A stretch of DNA of 64,000 nt from an uncultured delta proteobacterium (GTDB taxonomy: Bacteria > Desulfobacterota > WTBG01 > CAIYCZ01 > CAIRTM01): positions 1-64,000 of the forward strand of contig CAWDSQ010000005.1 of the NCBI GenBank assembly GCA_963804955.1, written 5' to 3'. Shown piece after piece: positions 20,180 through 31,705 of this stretch. Below the pieces are notes generated by a model. That model was not told the DNA's origin, did no database searches, and was given only the letters and a program-made list of their open reading frames with translations. The position numbers were made by a program, and so were the translations under genes. Every line of letters starts with the position of its first letter. The stretch's first letter is position 1.

Positions 20180-21784
20180 GTGAGTTTTAAAGCTGAGCGA
20201 TCCTATCTTCTGTTTTTTGCGCAGGCACTGGTTTTTATCCTTCTGGCGGTGTTTGCCGGCCTGTTCATGTACTGCTCGGTGCAGCGGGTCGGCTATCCTT
20301 ATGAAATCGAGTGGCTTGAGGGTGAGATGATATGCCACGGCTTGCAACTGCTTCAGGGTCTGCAGGTCTACGGCCCGCCGTCATCGCAGTTCATCGCAGA
20401 AATATACCCGCCGGTCTATTATTATGTGATTGCAGCCGTATTCAAGCTGGCGGGCACAGTGAGCTTTCCGCTGCTGCGGCTCGTATCGGTCATGAGCCTG
20501 GCGGGCATTCTTGTTCTTCTCTACCGCATTATCCGCAGGGAAGAAGGCTCACGGGCAACGGCGCTGCTGGCCTGCGGATTCTTTATTAGCTTTTACGAAA
20601 TTCACGGCCCCTGGTATGACGTCGGCAGGGTCGACATGCTGTTTTTCTTTTTTATCGTGAGCGGCCTGTACGTGCTTGCCTATGCACGGAACCGGCTTGT
20701 GGGGTATTGCCGCCGGAGCTGTGCTGCTGGTGCTTGCCTGCTATACCAAGCAGTCGGCGGTCTATTATCTGCCGTTTGCGTTTTTGTATCTGGTGCTTGA
20801 GAACTGGCGGCACGGGCTGCTGTTCGGCGCGCTCTGCTGCGGCGCTGGTGCTGGGCATGTTTTTCGGCCTCAACGCCGCATCAGACGGGTGGTTTGCAAC
20901 CTATGTTCTGTATAACCCGATGCGCTATACTGAGCTGATGAGCAAGCCCATCGAACAGATCCCCTTTAAAATGCTGTTTGAGTTTCGCGACCGCATCTGG
21001 CCGGAAATCCGGTATGAAATATGTAACAAGCTGCCGGTTTTTTTTACCCTCACGGCCGGGTACCTCATGCACCGCATCCTGACGCTGAAGAAATCATCGC
21101 GCGTGAGCATATGGGAAATGACGGCGCTGCCGGCCATCATTTCCTATTTCAGCATCCGGCCGCATCTGGGATCGGAGAAAAACGATTATATGTACCTGAC
21201 CCTGTGGGGCTGCATGCTGCTGGGGTTCATGCTGACGCGGCTGGGAAAATTATATAAAGACGATGCACGGCAGAGCATAAAGACCGCGCTGTACCTGCTT
21301 CTTGCCGGTCAGCTGGCGCTGCAGCTGTACAACCCGCAGAAGCTTGTGCCCGCGCCGGGCAGCGCGGAAAAGGGCCGGGAAATTATCAGCATAATCAGCA
21401 GCATGCCGGGCCCGGTGTTCCTGCCCTATCACTCTTATTACGGCATCATGGCGGGAAAAGAAAAAATCATGAATGGCGGAGCGTACTGGGCATGGCAGAT
21501 TTTGAGCAAAGAGCCCTATCGTCCGGTTGATTTGCTGGAGAAAATACGGCGCAAATATTTTACCGCCATCATTGTTGACGACCGGGCCTACTGGACCGCC
21601 AAGGGAGACCGGGTGTTTCTTGACAACCTGAAGCTTTTCATGACCTCGGGAGATGAACTTGCAAATGTGATTCGGCGAGCATTACCAGCCCGGCGGACGA
21701 CTGCCGTATGCAACTGATGCCCAGTTCCTTACTACGACCGGGCTGTACACGCGGCCCGAGCTCATCCTGGTGCCCAAGCCCTAG
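20180..21784 (+). CDS. ArnT/PMT-like (GT-C) integral membrane glycosyltransferase, split by apparent frameshifts
   Basis: YPPVYY, RVDML, YTKQ and many TM segments across ORFs 20180-20800, 20676-20915 and 20707-21717. Confidence 0.7.
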
Positions 21785-21970
21785 GGGCTGTGACCTGTAA
21801 ATTTTGCATCTACCCCACACAGCCTCACCCCTGTCCAGGGGAGGAGTTTCTGTGATGGCGCATTTGTTCCGGATGCAATTATTTTTTGCCCCTCCTGGTC
21901 AGGAGGGGGTAGGGGAGGTTGTTGAACTCATAATTTTAAGTGTCGCAATCGGCGAGAGTATTTCAATTTG

Positions 21971-22124
21971 TTCTGTAGCCCCATTCTGCAGGTATGGCAA
22001 GTGCGTTCGTGGTGAGCTTGTCGAACCACGAACGGAAAGTCGACCATTCGGTACTTCGACAGGCTCAGGGCGAACGGATAGGGGGTTCATGTTCGGAAGG
22101 AGATTTTTTATGAAGGCTGCAGAA
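21971..22124. repeat. MITE/REP-like element with TGTAGCC...GGCTRCA ends
   Basis: ttctgtagcc / ggctgcagaa ends enclosing gagcttgtcgaa...cttcgacaggctc; similar ends at 45298-45407. Confidence 0.5.
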
Positions 22125-22149
22125 TTTAGAAAAATGTTCAGGGCGGCTG

Positions 22150-23067
22150 TCACTCGATATACTCCCGAACGATGAACAGCGGCCTGTTCTGCGTCTCCCG
22201 GTAGATTCTGTAAACATACTCGCCCAGTATTCCCAGAAAGACAAGCTGCACCGAGCCGAAGAAGAAAATGCTCAGCACCGTTGACGACCAGCCGAAGGGC
22301 ACCAGGCCCGAAACCTTGGCTATAAGCGTGATAGATGAGTCCACCAGAAGAAGGTCGATGACGCCGAGAATGCCGGAATAGAGACAGACTTTTAAGGGCA
22401 GGTCGGTGAATGAGAAGAATGCGTCAAAGGCCAGGCGCACAAGCTTTTCAAGGGTCATTTTTGCCTTGCCTTCCTTCCGGTCAGGCCTCCTGTATTCAAC
22501 ATAGCCCTGCTTGAATCCGACAAAGAGGCGCAGTCCCGGCAGGTAGCGGTTCTTTTCCTGAAGGGAGAGCATTGCCTGGGCGACCCTTTTGGAAAAGATT
22601 GAAAAGTTGCCGGCGTTTTCCACATCCTGATTGGGCAGCACGCTCTGAAATGCCCGGTGAAACAGGTCTATGAGCTGCTTTTTCGGCCATTTTTCCTCAC
22701 GCTCGATGCGTTTTCCGAACACGACATCAAGATTGCCACCCCCGAGTTTTTCAAACATGGCGGGAAGCAGTTCAGGCGGGTCCTGAAGGTCGCCGTCCAT
22801 CATGGCGATCTGATCGCCCCGGGCATAGGTGAGCCCGGCGGTATAGGCGGACTGGTGGCCGAAATTGCGCGACAGCACAATTATCTTAACCCGGCGGTCA
22901 CGCTCGTGGCGGCGCAGCAGCTTCTCAAGCGTGCGGTCGCTGCTGCCGTCATCAATGCAGATTATTTCATAATCGTCCGTGGCGCTCTGCAGCGCGGCCG
23001 ATGAGCGGGCTATCAGCTCATCGACAAGCCCTTCCTCATTGTACAGCGGGATGATAAGCGACAGCAT
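22150..23067 (-). CDS. GT2 polyprenol-phosphate glycosyltransferase (GtrB/YkoT-like)
   Basis: IIPLYNEE, DDGSSD, LSRNFGHQ, DGDLQDPPE, two C-terminal TM helices. Confidence 0.93.
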   Translation of the reverse strand: MLSLIIPLYNEEGLVDELIARSSAALQSATDDYEIICIDDGSSDRTLEKLLRRHERDRRVKIIVLSRNFGHQSAYTAGLTYARGDQIAMMDGDLQDPPELLPAMFEKLGGGNLDVVFGKRIEREEKWPKKQLIDLFHRAFQSVLPNQDVENAGNFSIFSKRVAQAMLSLQEKNRYLPGLRLFVGFKQGYVEYRRPDRKEGKAKMTLEKLVRLAFDAFFSFTDLPLKVCLYSGILGVIDLLLVDSSITLIAKVSGLVPFGWSSTVLSIFFFGSVQLVFLGILGEYVYRIYRETQNRPLFIVREYIE

Positions 23068-23079
23068 GCATATATCCTT

Positions 23080-24073
23080 TTAAGGGTTTTTTGACATAAT
23101 TGCGGCAAGCTGCTCAAGGGCGCTGCCGCGGCTGCCGGCACAGGCGGAATGCCCGGCTTCGGGAAGCTCCGCCTGTTTCAGCCTTTTATTGAAATACCAG
23201 GCGATCTCGAGCAGCACATAGGCCTGATAAAGCAGGCCGCAGCGTTCAAGCGCGCGCCGGTTTTTTTTCGGAGCCGCGGCGGTGTACGCAGTACTGAACT
23301 GCCGGTGCAGGGTTTCATCAAAGCCGCAGAGCGCATAGGCCAGGCGGAAATATTCGATCTGGAAAGGCAGAAATTTGAACGCTTCGGTGTCGATGAGGCG
23401 GATTGTAGTGTCGGGGCACAAAAGAATATTTTTCATGTTCACGTCGCCGTGGCACAGGCTGAAGCGTGCAAAGGGCCTGATGACGGATTTTTTCCGCTCA
23501 AACCAGGCGACGAGGCTGTCGGCGGAGCCGCCGCCTGGCAGGCAGCCCGATGCAGCAAGGGCCCGGGCGCGCTCGGACATCTTGCGCAGAAAATAGTCCC
23601 TGAACCCAAGCACCTGAAATGACTTAAGCTTGCCCCAGCGAAAGCTGCGCGCAGCATGCATGCGCGCAAAGAGCGGCAGCAGCCCGGGCAATATGCTGCC
23701 TGCGCCCGTCCCCGAGCTCGTCAAGCGGCCTGCCCTCGACCCGTTCCTCGCAGGCAAAATAATAGCCCATGGTTTCAGCGGTTTTCCAGGCACGGTCGGC
23801 AAAAAAGAGCCTGGGCACCGGAATGCCGAGCCGCTCGAGATGGGCATGAGCCCAGATGATGTTCTTGATGCGGAAGCGCTTGGACACGGCCTTGAGCACA
23901 TACCTGCCGCCGCCTTCAACCGTGAGAAACCAGATGAGATTGCGGCTGCCGCCACTGACGGGCTCCAGGCTGAAACTGCGGCCGCCGGCGCCGAGTGCCG
24001 GCAGTATGCTGGCGGTGATATAATCCTTAAGCCTGTCGGGCTGAATCGGCTGGGGTGTATTCATAGCGGGCAT
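23080..24073 (-). CDS. aminoglycoside phosphotransferase/choline kinase family protein (frameshift near 23690)
   Basis: GGSRN, YVLK, IPVPR in the first frame; LCHGDVNMKNIL...LIDTE in the second. Confidence 0.8.
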
Positions 24074-24201
24074 GTTACCAGAACAGGAGCTGTGCAGGCA
24101 AGCCCGTTTTTTCCTGCGCTGCCGCCGCTGTTGACGAGCCGGCTGATTTGGTATAATCTTAGTGGCTCACAAGAGTAATTATTTTAACGAGAGATCATTC
24201 C

Positions 24202-25623
24202 ATGAAACAGGCAGCAATCAATCCTGAACAGTTTCCAGCCCATGTGCGCGAGCATCTTATTCCGTCTTATGAAGGCGATGTGGTCTATGAGTGCATCGGC
24301 TGCGGCGAGACCTATCATATCGATCAGTTTCTGTACACGTGCCCTGCGTGCAAAAGCCTGCTGCGGCTGCATGACCGGGCCTTTGCAGAGCTCAAAAAGA
24401 TTGACGGTGCGACCTGGCGCGATATTTTCGACTATCGCCGCATGCTGCGGCTGGAGCCGCTGAAGGGCATTTTCCTGTTCAAGGAAATTCTGTTTCCGAC
24501 CATTCCTCTGCAGGACATTATTTATCTTGGCGAGGGGCATACGGCCCTGGTGCGCTCGAATGCAGAATTGAGCGGCCTTGTGGGCATGGAGTTTTTCGTG
24601 AAGAACGATGGCCTCAACCCGTCGGCATCGTTTAAAGACCGCGGCATGGCAAGCGCCATAAGCTTTATCAACCATTCGATCCGCAAGCGGGGCATCAAGG
24701 AGCTGCTGGGCATCTGCGCCTCAACGGGCGACACCTCGGCGGCAGCTGCCCTGTACCTGAGCTATCTTGATAAAAGCATCGTCCGTTCGGTGGTGCTCCT
24801 GCCCAAAGGCAAAGTGACCCCGCAGCAGCTTTCCCAGCCCCTCGGGAGCGGCGCCACGGTGATCGAGGTGCCCGGCGTGTTTGACGACTGCATGCGCATT
24901 GTGGAGCAGCTGGCCGAGCGCTACCAGGTGTGCCTGCTTAATTCCAAGAACCCCATCCGCATCATGGGCCAGAAGTCCTATGCCTTCGAGGTGGCCCAGC
25001 AGCTCGGGTATGACACAGCCGACCTTACCGTGGTGGTTCCGGTCGGGAATGCAGGAAATGTGACTGCTATCATGGAAGGGTTTCTCGACCTGTACCGCCT
25101 CTCGATCATCCCGGCGCTGCCCCAGATCGTGGCCGTGCAGAGCAGGCATGCAAATCCCGTGGCGTCGTGGCGTGAAACCGGCCGGTATGAGCCCATGAAG
25201 GTGAGCTCCAGCGTGGCGCAGGCCGCCATGATCGGCGATCCGGTTTCATTTCCCAAGGTGAAAAAGCTCGTTGAGGAGCATTTTCGCGAACAGTTCTTTG
25301 CCGTTGACCTTGCCGAGCAGGAGGTCATCGAGGGCATGCTCGAGGCAAACCGCCGCGGCCATGTGGTGTGCACGCAGGGCGGCGAGTCGATAGCAGGCCT
25401 TGCCCGGGCGGTCAAGCTCGGCATCGTTGCAAAAGACCGCACCGTGGTGGTTGATTCAACCTCGCATCAGCTCAAGTTTTCAAACTTCCAGCAGATGTAT
25501 TTCGAAAACTCCTTCCCGCCGGAGTATCAGATTACGGCTAAACCAGAGCTGGTCAATAAGCCCGTCCAGCTTGAGGCTTCAGCCGATGCCATTGCAGGCT
25601 ATCTGAAGCTCAAAGAAAAATAA
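24202..25623 (+). CDS. thrC: threonine synthase
   Basis: NPSASFKDRGM, CASTGDTS, PVGNAGN, N-terminal Zn-ribbon. Confidence 0.93.
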   Translation: MKQAAINPEQFPAHVREHLIPSYEGDVVYECIGCGETYHIDQFLYTCPACKSLLRLHDRAFAELKKIDGATWRDIFDYRRMLRLEPLKGIFLFKEILFPTIPLQDIIYLGEGHTALVRSNAELSGLVGMEFFVKNDGLNPSASFKDRGMASAISFINHSIRKRGIKELLGICASTGDTSAAAALYLSYLDKSIVRSVVLLPKGKVTPQQLSQPLGSGATVIEVPGVFDDCMRIVEQLAERYQVCLLNSKNPIRIMGQKSYAFEVAQQLGYDTADLTVVVPVGNAGNVTAIMEGFLDLYRLSIIPALPQIVAVQSRHANPVASWRETGRYEPMKVSSSVAQAAMIGDPVSFPKVKKLVEEHFREQFFAVDLAEQEVIEGMLEANRRGHVVCTQGGESIAGLARAVKLGIVAKDRTVVVDSTSHQLKFSNFQQMYFENSFPPEYQITAKPELVNKPVQLEASADAIAGYLKLKEK

Positions 25624-25679
25624 GGCAGGCGCGAGCATTCCGCCTGCATTTCATCCGATTGCCTAAAGGAGCACCAGAG

Positions 25680-27251
25680 ATGAGTAAGATTTTTGTATGC
25701 TTGTTCCGCAGCGCCGGCATTGCCGCCGCTGCATTGAGTATGCTGTGCTTTTCAGCAGGCCGGGGGTTTTCAGCAGACGCCATGGATTTTGATATCCTTG
25801 CAAAAAAGGCACGCGACCTTGCGCAGGCCCCCTATACAACCCGCAGCGAGCTTGATCTTCCGAAAATGGAGTACGAGCAGTTCCATAATATTTTATTCCG
25901 GCCGGACCGGGCCGTCTGGAAAAATGAAAAACTGCCGTTTCAGCTGCAGTTTTTTCCGGTCGGCTGGATTCATAAAAAAGGCGTAACTGTTTATGAAGTC
26001 GCAGGCGGCGAAGTCCGGCCCATGCCTATCGACACGGAGATGTTCTCGCATGCAAAGGACAAGAAAGGCAAAGACATACAGCTGCCCAATGCCGTTTCAG
26101 GCTTCCGGCTGCACGCGCAGCTGCAGCCCGCCGGCAAAATGGACGAGTTTCTGGTTTTTATGGGCGCAAGCTATTTCAGGGCCCTTGCAAACGGCATGGG
26201 ATACGGCATATCAGCCCGCGGCATTTCACTCAACACCGCCCACCCCGCCGGCGAGGAGTTCCCCGATTTCACCACATTCTGGATTGTGCGGCCCGCCCCC
26301 GGCGATCCTTCTATAACCCTGTATGCGCTGCTTGACGGCCCGAGCTGCACCGGCGCCTACCGCTTTACCGCCTCGACGGGCGATGCTACTTCGGCAGTCG
26401 TCAAGGCCTCGATCTTTATGCGCAAAGACGTGAAGCAGCTCGGGATCGCGCCGCTTACGTCCATGTTCTGGTACGGTGAAAACAGCTATCCCCGGCCTCA
26501 GGACTACCGGCCGGAAGTGCATGATTCCGACGGGCTGCTGATCGGGGAGCGAAACGGCGACTGGATCTGGCGGCCCCTGCTGCTGAGCCCGGCCATCAGG
26601 CACTGCACGTTTCAGACCGGTTCGCCGAAAGGGTTCGGCCTGCTCATGCGCGACCGAAATTTCGATCATTATCAGGATTTGGGCGCCCATAATGAAACCC
26701 GCCCGAGCCTCTGGGTTGAGCCTGTCGGCGAGTGGAACGCCGGCCGGGTGCATCTGGTCGAGCTGCCGACCCACAATGAGTATATGGACAATATCATCGC
26801 CTTCTGGGAGCCGGCACAGCAGGCTGCGGCAGGAGCCCGCTTTGACCTGCAGTACCGGCTCACCTGGTTTCGCGATGATCCGCAGCTGTCGCCTCTGGGG
26901 CGCGTAACTGCAACCCGGCGCACCAGCATCTGCCAAAAGAAGGAGCATGAAATGTCTACAAGCTCCTATGAGCCGTGCAACATAGACGAGGTTCAGGAGT
27001 TTATCGTCGATTATTCCGCCATCAAGGGCATACCCTGCGACGAGCGCTTCAAGCCCGATATTAAATTTGAAAATTCGCCCGGCGCCGAGCTTGTGAAATC
27101 ATTTATCGTTGCCAACCCCGAAACCGGGGGCTGGCGAGTGTTTGCGCATCTGAAGTTCAAGGAGAAAAGCCGCGCCGTTGATCTGAGCCTGAGGCTTCTG
27201 CAGGCAGGCAAGGTGGTTTCCGAAAAATGGACCTATCTCTGGCAGCCGTGA
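25680..27251 (+). CDS. opgG: periplasmic glucan biosynthesis protein G/D family
   Basis: GASYFRA, YGISARG, EEFPDF, APLTSMF, RPEVHDSDGL, DNIIAFW, SEKWTY. Confidence 0.92.
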   Translation: MSKIFVCLFRSAGIAAAALSMLCFSAGRGFSADAMDFDILAKKARDLAQAPYTTRSELDLPKMEYEQFHNILFRPDRAVWKNEKLPFQLQFFPVGWIHKKGVTVYEVAGGEVRPMPIDTEMFSHAKDKKGKDIQLPNAVSGFRLHAQLQPAGKMDEFLVFMGASYFRALANGMGYGISARGISLNTAHPAGEEFPDFTTFWIVRPAPGDPSITLYALLDGPSCTGAYRFTASTGDATSAVVKASIFMRKDVKQLGIAPLTSMFWYGENSYPRPQDYRPEVHDSDGLLIGERNGDWIWRPLLLSPAIRHCTFQTGSPKGFGLLMRDRNFDHYQDLGAHNETRPSLWVEPVGEWNAGRVHLVELPTHNEYMDNIIAFWEPAQQAAAGARFDLQYRLTWFRDDPQLSPLGRVTATRRTSICQKKEHEMSTSSYEPCNIDEVQEFIVDYSAIKGIPCDERFKPDIKFENSPGAELVKSFIVANPETGGWRVFAHLKFKEKSRAVDLSLRLLQAGKVVSEKWTYLWQP

Positions 27252-27401
27252 GGCCTGCACGCATGAGTAAAAAAGGGACGCGTTGAGAAGTTGGCGCGCT
27301 CAAAAAAGCATCAAAGAAACAGCACTACGCTGAGCCGCCGAAAAGCATTTTTCAGCGGCTTTTTTTGCGCCCTCCGGCATGCGGCTGGCCCGCGGAGCAG
27401 C

Positions 27402-28406
27402 CTACCTGCCGGCAAGCTCTTCAATCATGTACTCGAGGCCGGCTGTTACGCGGGCCAGGCGCCCGTAGTCGAGCGTCTCAGGCAGGTCCGTGGGTTCGTG
27501 ATAATGAGGATTGCGGAAGAATGCCGTGTCGGTTACCATGATGGCAGGATAATCGTGCTCCCAGAACGGCCAGTGGTCCGACCAGAAGACGCCCGGTATA
27601 AACCAGGGCAGGGCAACGCCTTCAGAGGGGAAGGTGTTTGCCCTGCGGAATGAACCTACCGCCTCATGCAGCAGGCTGCGCGACTGCAGGTTGGAAACAA
27701 AAGCGATGAAATTGCCCGTGTCGGGAAAAAAAAGATTCATCGGGAAAATATAGCTCTGCGACCCCGGCGCGTCGCTGTAAAAACCGAGCATTTCCAGGGC
27801 AATCATGGCGGTGACAGTATCGCCGCGCCGGCGGCACAGCGCGGCATACCGGTAGCTTCCCATGTCGCCGGTCCAGAAAAACGGCGGCTCTTCATTGGGG
27901 AAAAAGGCAAAGCGCACGGTGCAGCCGGGGTTTTTCGCCGAAAAAGCCCGGGCCAGCGCAAGCAGGGCTGCCACACCCGAGCCATTGTCGTCAGCGCCCT
28001 CCGACCCCAGGGAGCAGTCATAATGAGCGCCGATGATGATGACCTTGCCGGGCTGTTTGCCGCCGCGGCGCTCCGCGATGATATTGGAGAATTTTTGCCC
28101 CTTTGCGGAAAACTCCTGCCGAATCGTAGTGTATCCCATGCCGGACAGGGTTTTTTCAATATAAGCGGCTGCCTGCTCAAGGTTTTTATGAAAAACATAA
28201 TTGCGGTCGCCGATCCTGGCGGCCAGCATATCGACATGGCTGCGCAGTTCATCTCTGAGCGCTGCTTCCTGTCCTGTAAGCCCGATACTATGAGGCCCCG
28301 ATTGCTGTTTTGGTGCTTTTCCGAACAGGCAGAGCCCCGATAGCAGTCCCGCATAAGAAATAAATACAATTATAATTAAAAATAAAATTCTAAAAATAGA
28401 TATCAT
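27402..28406 (-). CDS. M28 family peptidase
   Basis: IGAHYD, GADDNGSG, NEEPP, LEM, SDHW, YHEPTD. Confidence 0.92.
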   Translation of the reverse strand: MISIFRILFLIIIVFISYAGLLSGLCLFGKAPKQQSGPHSIGLTGQEAALRDELRSHVDMLAARIGDRNYVFHKNLEQAAAYIEKTLSGMGYTTIRQEFSAKGQKFSNIIAERRGGKQPGKVIIIGAHYDCSLGSEGADDNGSGVAALLALARAFSAKNPGCTVRFAFFPNEEPPFFWTGDMGSYRYAALCRRRGDTVTAMIALEMLGFYSDAPGSQSYIFPMNLFFPDTGNFIAFVSNLQSRSLLHEAVGSFRRANTFPSEGVALPWFIPGVFWSDHWPFWEHDYPAIMVTDTAFFRNPHYHEPTDLPETLDYGRLARVTAGLEYMIEELAGR

Positions 28407-28614
28407 TTTTTTTATTAATTTATAATTAATTTAGCAATTGGTCGGATTCAACCAAACGGAAATAATTAAATTGAAAAAACTGGCTCTATGCAACCAATAA
28501 AAAAAGCATGCTCAAAAGACGAAAACAGGCCGGCAAATAAAGCTATCTTCTAAATAGCTGATTTATATTGTTTTTTCTATAGATTTTTTCGCGTAAGGGG
28601 TTGTTTTTTTCTTG

Positions 28615-28630
28615 TGGCACGGTCATTGCA
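28615..28630 (+). promoter_or_regulatory. sigma54 (-24/-12) promoter
   Basis: TGGCAC-GGTCA-TTGCA, exact consensus spacing, 37 bp before the first KS start, after an AT-rich stretch. Confidence 0.8.
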
Positions 28631-28667
28631 AACTTTTAACACGGAAAGAAACGATAAAGGCAAAGAA

Positions 28668-30021
28668 ATGACCGCAGCATATTACTACGACAGAAACTGG
28701 GACAAAAAGAAGCAGGAGCGCAAGCGCGTTGTTGTTACCGGCATTGGTTCTGTGACCCCCATCGGCAATACTTTAGAGGACACCTGGTCAAATCTTATAA
28801 AGGGCACCTCCGGCATAGCTCCCATAACCATTTTTGACGCAGCAACCTTCCCGGTCAAAATCGGCGCAGAGGTTAAGAATTTTGACTTCAATGCAGCAGT
28901 GCCTGAAGACCTGAAGCCTTTTCTTGGCCGCAGCACCAGCTTCTGCATACAGGCGGCGCGTGAAGCGCTGCGCAATGCAGGTATTAACCTTGATGCATAT
29001 GGACACCGCATCGGTTGGCATTTCTCTGGGTTCAAACGAAGAGGCGGTAGGCCTTCATATGTTTGACAAGCTGTTTGATACCCAAAGCATCAAGCAGCAC
29101 CTTGAGCGTCAGCAGGATGCAACCAGCCTGCACCAGCCTTTTGCGCATCTTGCAACCTCAAAACAGCTGGGCAATATCTGGCCTGTTCGGCGCAGCGCTG
29201 CTACAGCGGCAAATATTCTGTCGATTCTGTTCAATATTCAGGGCCCCGTGAGCACCTCCTCCGGCGCCTGCGCATCTTCAGCCCAGGCCATGGGCCGGGC
29301 CCTTCGCATGATACAGGACGGCGATGCTGATATGGTTATCACCGGCGGCTGCGACTCCATGATCGGGGAATTTTCCGTGACCGGATTTCACCGGCTGCGC
29401 GCTTTGTCGAAAAACAATGATGATCCTGCAAAGGCATCGCGGCCCTTCGACCTGAAGCGCGACGGCTTCGTGCTGGGCGAGGGATCAGCCGTTTTGATTC
29501 TTGAAGACCTCGAGCATGCGCGCAAGCGCGGGGCAACCATACTGGCAGAGCTTGCCGGCTACGGGTCATCTTCAAATGCCGCCAGCCTCACCGCATCCCC
29601 TGAAGACGGCCGGGGAGCCGACCTGTGCCTCAAGGCAGCCCTTGCTGACGGCAACTGCTCCCCTGACCAGGTGGACTATATCAATGCCCACGGCACCTCG
29701 ACCTATCTGAACGACAAGTCCGAGACAGCGGCCATCAAGAACGTGTTCGGCGAGCGGGCCTATGACATACCGGTGAGCTCCAACAAGTCGATGCTGGGGC
29801 ATCTGGTGGCAAGCGCGGCGGCCATAGAGCTTGCCATGAGCGTGCAGACGATCAACAGCCAGGTGATACCGCCGACGATCAACTATGAAAACCCCGATCC
29901 GGTCTGCGACCTTGACTATGTGCCCAATGAGTTTCGCCTGAAGAAAGTTGAGACCATTCTTTCCAATTCATTCGCCTTCGGCGGCCAGAACTCATCGGTG
30001 CTCGTTAAAAAATTTGTATGA
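28668..30021 (+). CDS. beta-ketoacyl-ACP synthase (FabF-like KS1); frameshift near 29000
   Basis: RVVVTGIG in the first frame; SGACASS, INAHGTST, KSMLGH, SNSFAFGGQN in the second (Cys-His-His intact). Confidence 0.9.
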
Positions 30022-30389
30022 AGTGCAGGGTTGCTGCAGTCGGACCCGAGAGCGTAGTGTGCGGCGGCTGCTTACGGGCGGATGCAGGGATTAGCAGGGC
30101 AGAAGGCAATAGCGTCTCCAGAAAGTCTTTCAGACTTTTTTCCCCCACACAGACCGACGACGGCGCCAGTGCGCGCTTGTATCCGCAGAGTACATCGTGC
30201 AGGGTGAGGCATGGTTGTATTCACTAAAGAATTTTGCTCCGGCATTGACCGTAGAAAACAGGCGATTGAACAAAACCGGTAACATGCTACATTTGTAATG
30301 CAGTGATGCCGTTCTAGATTCTCGAGAGATGCGACCTGCAGCAGCTTGTTCAACTGCTGCTCGAATTCATTCAAGGAGAGACGGACAGG

Positions 30390-31690
30390 ATGGAAAAACG
30401 TGCGGTTATTACAGGCATGGGCGTTGTTTCTCCCGTGGGCATCAGGCGTTCAGGAGAACTGGACCAGCCTCATCAATGGGCGCATCAGGAATCGGCGCTT
30501 TCACCCTCATCCCTGCCGAGCATCTGCCGGTGAAACTGGCGGCTGAGGTAAAAAATTTCAACCCGAAACAGTTTATTGCCGACCGCAGGACTGTCAGGCT
30601 CACGTTCCGCAATGTGCATCTGGCTCTTGCTGCTGCCAGGCTTGCCTTTGAGGATTCGGGGATTCAGAAAGGGCAGGTGCCTCCGGAGCGGCTTGGCGGC
30701 ATTATCGGCTCTGGCGGGGGCGGTTTTGACGACGGCCCGGGTTTTGAAGATCTGAGCGAGCCGATACTGAAATCATGGAATGAGGAAAAGCAGACTTTCG
30801 ACTCCTCGCTGTTCGGCGAAATCGGCGTGCCCATAAGCTACCCGCTTTTTCTCCTGAAGGCGCTTCCCAACAATGCCTTCTATTATATTTCCCTCGAGTA
30901 CAATATACAGGGCGAGAATGACAATATCGTGTCGTCCTATACGGGCGGGGCCCAGGCCATCGGCGATGCCTTTCGCGCTGTCAGGCGCGGCCTTGCCGAC
31001 GTGATCATCGCCGGCGGCTATGACAGCCTTCTCACCCCCAATACCATTTTCAGCCTTGATTCCTTCGGCCTGCTTTCACAGCAGGAGGACCCGGCCGGCG
31101 CCTGCCGCCCCTTTGACCGGAACCGCACCGGCATGGTTGCCGGCGAGGGCGCCGGTTTTGTGATCGTCGAGGAACTGGAGCATGCGCGCCGGCGCGGGGC
31201 GACCATCTATGCCGAAATAGCGGGCTATGGTAATGCCTCAAGCGCCTATCACATGTATAAACCGGATCCTGCCGGCAAGGGGATTATCAATGCCGTATCG
31301 CGGGCGCTGCGCGAAGCAAACCTCGCGCCCGCTGAAATCGACTGGATCTGCGCCGACGGCACCGGAACTATCGAGAGCGACCGCGCTGAAGCGCTTGCCC
31401 TGCGGAGCGTATTTCAGAATGACATAGCCGCCGTCCCCGTGAGCGCCACAAAATCGATGACCGGCCACATGGGCTCAGGCGCCGGCGCTGCCGAGTCGAT
31501 CTACTCCGTCATGGCCATGCGCAGCGGCACGGTGCCGCCCACAATCAACTATGAAGCGGGCGACGAGGACTGCGGCCTTACCATCGTTGCGGGTACGGCG
31601 CAGCAGCGCAAGGTCGACATTGCCCTCAATATCAACCAGGGCATCGGCGGCCAGACCACGGCCCTTATTTTTAAAAAGACAGAAGCCTGA
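30390..31690 (+). CDS. catalytically degenerate KS (chain-length-factor-like); apparent frameshift(s) near 30440-30480
   Basis: KS fold, but SSYTGG replaces xACxxG and CADGTGT replaces NAHGTST; 5' end reads MEKRAVITGMGVVSP in another frame. Confidence 0.8.
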
Positions 31691-31705
31691 GCAATGGAGT
31701 GCGCT

